Part shown: one piece after another, positions 59,397 through 64,000 of the stretch
Numbering within the stretch: position 1 is the first letter of the stretch
Layout: each line of letters starts with the position of its first letter
From: an uncultured Actinomycetes bacterium
GTDB taxonomy: Bacteria; Actinomycetota; UBA4738; HRBIN12
Length of the DNA: 64,000 nucleotides
NCBI GenBank assembly: GCA_963704725.1
Contig: OY969934.1
Span: 1,664,001 to 1,728,000 of the forward strand
Direction: 5' to 3'
Program-made: the position numbers and the translations under genes
Notes under the pieces: generated by a model
Seen by the model: only the letters and a program-made list of their open reading frames with translations
Told to the model about the DNA's origin: nothing
The model's database searches: none

Positions 59397-60143
59397 TCAG
59401 ACCGGCCCGAGCACCTCGAAGGTGGCCGGTGCGGCCGCGGCGGCGAGGTCGGCGACCGTCGCGCCGCCGAAGCGGGTGCGATCCAGGATGCGCTCGAGCA
59501 CGTGCGGAGCCTTCGGCGAGTCGGGCATCGCGGCGACGACGAGGTACAGGCCGGACGACGGGATCCCGACCTCGCGGACGGGGCCGTAGCCCGGAGCGGC
59601 GACGAAGTAGGCCCACCGCGTTGGCTGCCCGCCGACCTTGCAGGTCCCTTCGCCTCGCGCCACGTAGTCGCCGGGTGAGGCGGGAGCGCCCGATGCGAAC
59701 TCGGGCCGGTGATCGACGATCACCTGGTTCGTGACGTCGCTGCACCGCCACGACGGCGTGACCATGTCGAAGGCCGGCCCCCGCGCGGCCAGGTAGTAGT
59801 AGTCGGAGGGCACCCCCACCCGGGTGCCGTCGATCCACATGGCGGCGTAGCCCTCGGTCGGCGGGCGGTCGGTGGTCCAGACGTTGAGCCTTGGGCCGGC
59901 GACCAGGCCCTGCCGGGGATCGTCGACGGGACCGGCGGGCCGGGGGCTCCAGGCGTCCGGGAGGACCGCCGTCACGGCCCCGGACGTCACCTCGCGGTAC
60001 GGGCTGGGTGACTCGGTGATCGTGAGTGGGGAGGGCGCGGCGGGAGGTGAGGTCACTGCGGCGCCGCGGCAACCCACGGCGACCAGCGCGACCACGCAGC
60101 AGCTCAGGAGCCTTCGCACTCGGTCGATACCCGTCGGCAGCAT
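59397..60143 (-). CDS. Hypothetical lipoprotein
   Basis: Lipobox VAVGC, Pro-rich linker, globular domain with a Cys pair; start could be GTG 60119. Confidence 0.7.
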   Translation of the reverse strand: MLPTGIDRVRRLLSCCVVALVAVGCRGAAVTSPPAAPSPLTITESPSPYREVTSGAVTAVLPDAWSPRPAGPVDDPRQGLVAGPRLNVWTTDRPPTEGYAAMWIDGTRVGVPSDYYYLAARGPAFDMVTPSWRCSDVTNQVIVDHRPEFASGAPASPGDYVARGEGTCKVGGQPTRWAYFVAAPGYGPVREVGIPSSGLYLVVAAMPDSPKAPHVLERILDRTRFGGATVADLAAAAAPATFEVLGPV

Positions 60144-60239
60144 AGCCCGGCACCCGGTGCCCGCGCCACTCCGTAGGCCGGTTCCCCGACGGCCGGCGTC
60201 GGACGTTCGGAGTACGATCCGGCGCAACTGAAGAGCACG

Positions 60240-60435
60240 TGCCCTCCAGGTGCGCCGGACCACGTCCGGCCGGAGGCGGGGCCGGGCCGATCCCGACCCC
60301 GCGAAGAGGGAAGCCGGTGAGAATCCGGCGCGGTCGCGCCACTGTGACCGGGGAGCGAACCCGACGGAACCACTGGGCCCACGGGCCCGGGAAGGGTCGG
60401 GGGAGCGCAGATCCGGGAGCCAGGAGACCTGCCTC
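60240..60435 (+). ncRNA. Cobalamin riboswitch
   Basis: AGGTGC...AAGAGGGAAGCCGGTGAGAATCCGGCGCGGTCGCGCCACTGTGA...CCACTGG...GGGAAGG...AGCCAGGAGACCTGCC; -10 TACGAT at 60213; RBS-sequestering hairpin at 60451-60474. Confidence 0.95.
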
Positions 60436-60476
60436 GAGGGCCCCACGGGTCGTCCTTCGCACGAAAGGAGACGCGC

Positions 60477-61436
60477 GTGAGACCCGCTCGCACCCGCACC
60501 GGATCGGTGCTGCTCCTCGCCTTGCTCCTCACCGCCTGTGCGGACTCGTCGCCGGAGCCGGCGCGGTCGCCGGCGGCGGGGGGAGCTCCGAGCCCGTCGG
60601 CCGCCGCCTTCCCCTTCACCCTCGTCGACGACGACGGCGTGTCCGTCACTATCGAGGCCCCGCCGCAGCGCATCGTGACCTTCGCGCCGTCGGCCACCGA
60701 GATCGTGTACGCGCTCGGGTTGGGCGAACGGCTCGTCGGCGTGTCGGGCCCGTTCGACGACTACCCGGCGGAGGCGGCGAACGTCCAGGAGATCGGAGGC
60801 GCCGGCGACTTCGGCGTCGACCCCAACATCGAGCAGGTGGTGGCGCTCGAGCCGGACCTGTTCCTCACGATCAAGGGAGGCGATCAGTGGAAGGCTCGGC
60901 TGCGCGAGCTGGGCGTGCCCGTGGTCACCCTGGACGCCACCGATCTCGACGACCTGATGGCCGACCTCGAGGTGGCCGGGCGCCTCACGGGAGCCACCGA
61001 GGGCGCGGCCTCGCTCGTCCGGGACCTCCAGGCGGAGGTCTCCGAGGTAGAGAACGCCGTGAGCCAGGTCGAGCCGGTGACGTGCTTCTACGAGACGTTC
61101 TACCCGCCCCTGTACACGGTGGGGCCCGGCACGTTCATCTACGACCTGCTCGAGCGCGCCGGGTGCGACCCCGTCACGTCCTCCTCGAACCAGCAGTACC
61201 CGCAGTGGTCGGTGGAGGAGCTGGTCCGGGAGAGCCCGGACGTGTACCTGGTCTCGTCGGAGTCCGGGGCGAGCCCGAGGCAGGTGGCCCGGCGGGCCGG
61301 CTTCGACGCCGTCTCGGCCGTGGCGCAGGGTCGCATCGTCCCGATCGAGTCCGACCTCGCCGAACGGCCCGGGCCGAGGATCGTGCAGGGCCTTCGGCTG
61401 ATCGCCGAGGCCCTGCATCCGGAGGCGTTCGCGTAG
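60477..61436 (+). CDS. btuF: Cobalamin ABC substrate-binding lipoprotein (BtuF-like)
   Basis: Lipobox LTAC, PQRIVTFAPSATEIVYALG, RPGPRIV; directly behind the B12 riboswitch. Confidence 0.88.
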   Translation: MRPARTRTGSVLLLALLLTACADSSPEPARSPAAGGAPSPSAAAFPFTLVDDDGVSVTIEAPPQRIVTFAPSATEIVYALGLGERLVGVSGPFDDYPAEAANVQEIGGAGDFGVDPNIEQVVALEPDLFLTIKGGDQWKARLRELGVPVVTLDATDLDDLMADLEVAGRLTGATEGAASLVRDLQAEVSEVENAVSQVEPVTCFYETFYPPLYTVGPGTFIYDLLERAGCDPVTSSSNQQYPQWSVEELVRESPDVYLVSSESGASPRQVARRAGFDAVSAVAQGRIVPIESDLAERPGPRIVQGLRLIAEALHPEAFA

Positions 61437-61438
61437 CC

Positions 61439-62462
61439 GTGCGAGCCGCGGTCAGGTACCGGCGGGCGCTCGTGCTCCTTGCGACCGGGCTCGTGTGTGC
61501 GCTCGTGCTCGGCGTGGCGGTGGGGTCGGTGTGGGTGTCGCCCGTCGACGTCGCGCGCCTCATGACGTGGAAGCTCCACGTGTCCGGCCGGCCCGACGTG
61601 GCGCGATCCGCGGAGGTCATCGTCCTGCAGCTGCGGCTCCCGCGCGTGCTGCTGGCCGCGATCGTCGGCGCGGCCCTGGCGGCGTCGGGCGCGGTGTTCC
61701 AGGGGCTGTTCCGCAACGCCCTGGCGGACCCGGCCATCATCGGCGTGTCCTCCGGGGCTGCCCTGGGAGCCATCCTCGTGATCGTCACGGTCGGCGCGGG
61801 CTCTCTCGGGGCGTACGCCGTCCCGATGGCGGCCTTCCTCGGCGCCTTGGGGACGGCGCTCGTCGTGTATCGCCTGGCCAGGATCGGGCCTGCCGTTCAC
61901 GTGGCGACCCTCCTGCTGGCCGGGATCGCCGTCGCGGCCGTGATCTCGAGCCTGATGTCGCTCGTGATGTCGTACTCGGGCGAGGAGGTCCGGAGCATCT
62001 ACGCCTGGCTGCTCGGCGGGCTCGTGGCGGAGGGGTGGCGTTCGATCGCGATCGTGCTGCCCGTCGTCGCCGTGGGGGTCGTCGGGGCCGTGTCCGTCGC
62101 CCACGAGCTCAACCTCGTCGCGCTCGGCGAGGAACGGGCCGCCCAGCTCGGCGTGGAGATCGACCGGTTCAAGCGGCGGGCCATCGCGGTGGGAGCCCTG
62201 CTCGCCGCGGCCGCCGTCTCGGTGGCCGGCGTGATCGGCTTCGTCGGGTTGATGACCCCGCACCTGTTGCGGTTCGTCGTCGGGGCCGATCACCGCAGGC
62301 TGGTGCCGGCCTCGGTCCTTGCAGGGGCGACCCTGCTGATCCTGGCCGACCTGGTGGCGCGGACCGTCGTCGCGCCGTCGGAGCTCCCGATCGGCGTGGT
62401 CACGGCGCTGCTCGGCGGCCCGTTCTTCCTGTTTCTGCTGCGCCGCGAGGGACGGAACGCCG

Positions 62463-62476
<14 letters not shown>
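61439..62476 (+). CDS. btuC: FecCD/BtuC-type permease
   Basis: LRLPRV, QGLFRNALADP, LGEERAAQLG, IGFVGL, ELPIG. Confidence 0.9.
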
Positions 62477-63686
<1,210 letters not shown>

Positions 63687-63711
<25 letters not shown>

Positions 63712-64000
63712 TGGAAGGGGACGACCGTCCCGGTTCCGGTCTCGGGCGCGGGCTCCCGTGCCGGGGCGGGCGGAGCCGCCTCCGCCTCGACCTCCGCGAT
63801 CGAGGGCGGCGTCGTCACGGTCTGACCCTCGTGCGCCGGGATGACGAACGAGACGCGCGTGCCCCCGATCGGCAGCGGCTCGGCCCACATGATCCCGCCG
63901 TGCTGCAGGACGATCTGCCGGGCCATGTGCAGGCCCACCCCCGCGCCGGAGCGCTCCTTGCGCAGGATGTCCTCGCCGGCGGTGAAGGGCTCGTTGAAGG
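63687..64000 (-). CDS. 3' end of a histidine kinase (HATPase_c), partial
   Basis: EPFTAGEDILRKERSGAGVGLHMARQIVLQHGGIMWAE..GGTRVSFVIP. Confidence 0.8.

Overview
This is a very GC-rich (about 70%+) bacterial chromosome segment. It is most likely from an Actinomycetota lineage, inferred from TANNNT -10 boxes with many apparently leaderless genes, a TCGAAC-N4-GTTCTA LexA box, a PafBC-like promoter at lhr, the lhr-nei pair and the Zn-ribbon/rnhA/rnpB/lipA/lipB/E2 neighbourhood. It holds about 58 genes, tRNA-Val(TAC), RNase P RNA and a cobalamin riboswitch ahead of a BtuFCD-like transporter whose ATPase is frameshifted. Main blocks: (1) MOSC, nitrobindin and a hemerythrin-tailed P1B-5 ATPase; (2) lhr-nei-ggt; (3) poorly characterised envelope genes around tRNA-Val (bactofilin-like membrane protein with a cNMP partner, Gly-Pro-Thr repeat protein, STAS-like protein, pseudo-receiver membrane protein); (4) a LexA-boxed Rv2578c-type radical SAM gene whose CxxxCxxC motif is split by a LAGLIDADG intein; (5) two 2-oxoacid dehydrogenase E1 pairs with one E2/E3 plus lipA/lipB; (6) a 6-PAS+GAF orphan kinase behind a sigma28-like promoter; (7) a ~10 kb copper island. 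The copper island is the best candidate for an under-described system: CsoR and two P1B ATPases (one with a CPD motif) face a glutaredoxin-CcdA-redoxin relay and a two-component system whose probable 11-bp-phased binding arrays are visible at two promoters. No CRISPR array, transposase, integrase or rRNA was seen. All calls come from motif recognition by eye; no searches were run, and most long GC-rich ORFs in the supplied track are shadow frames.
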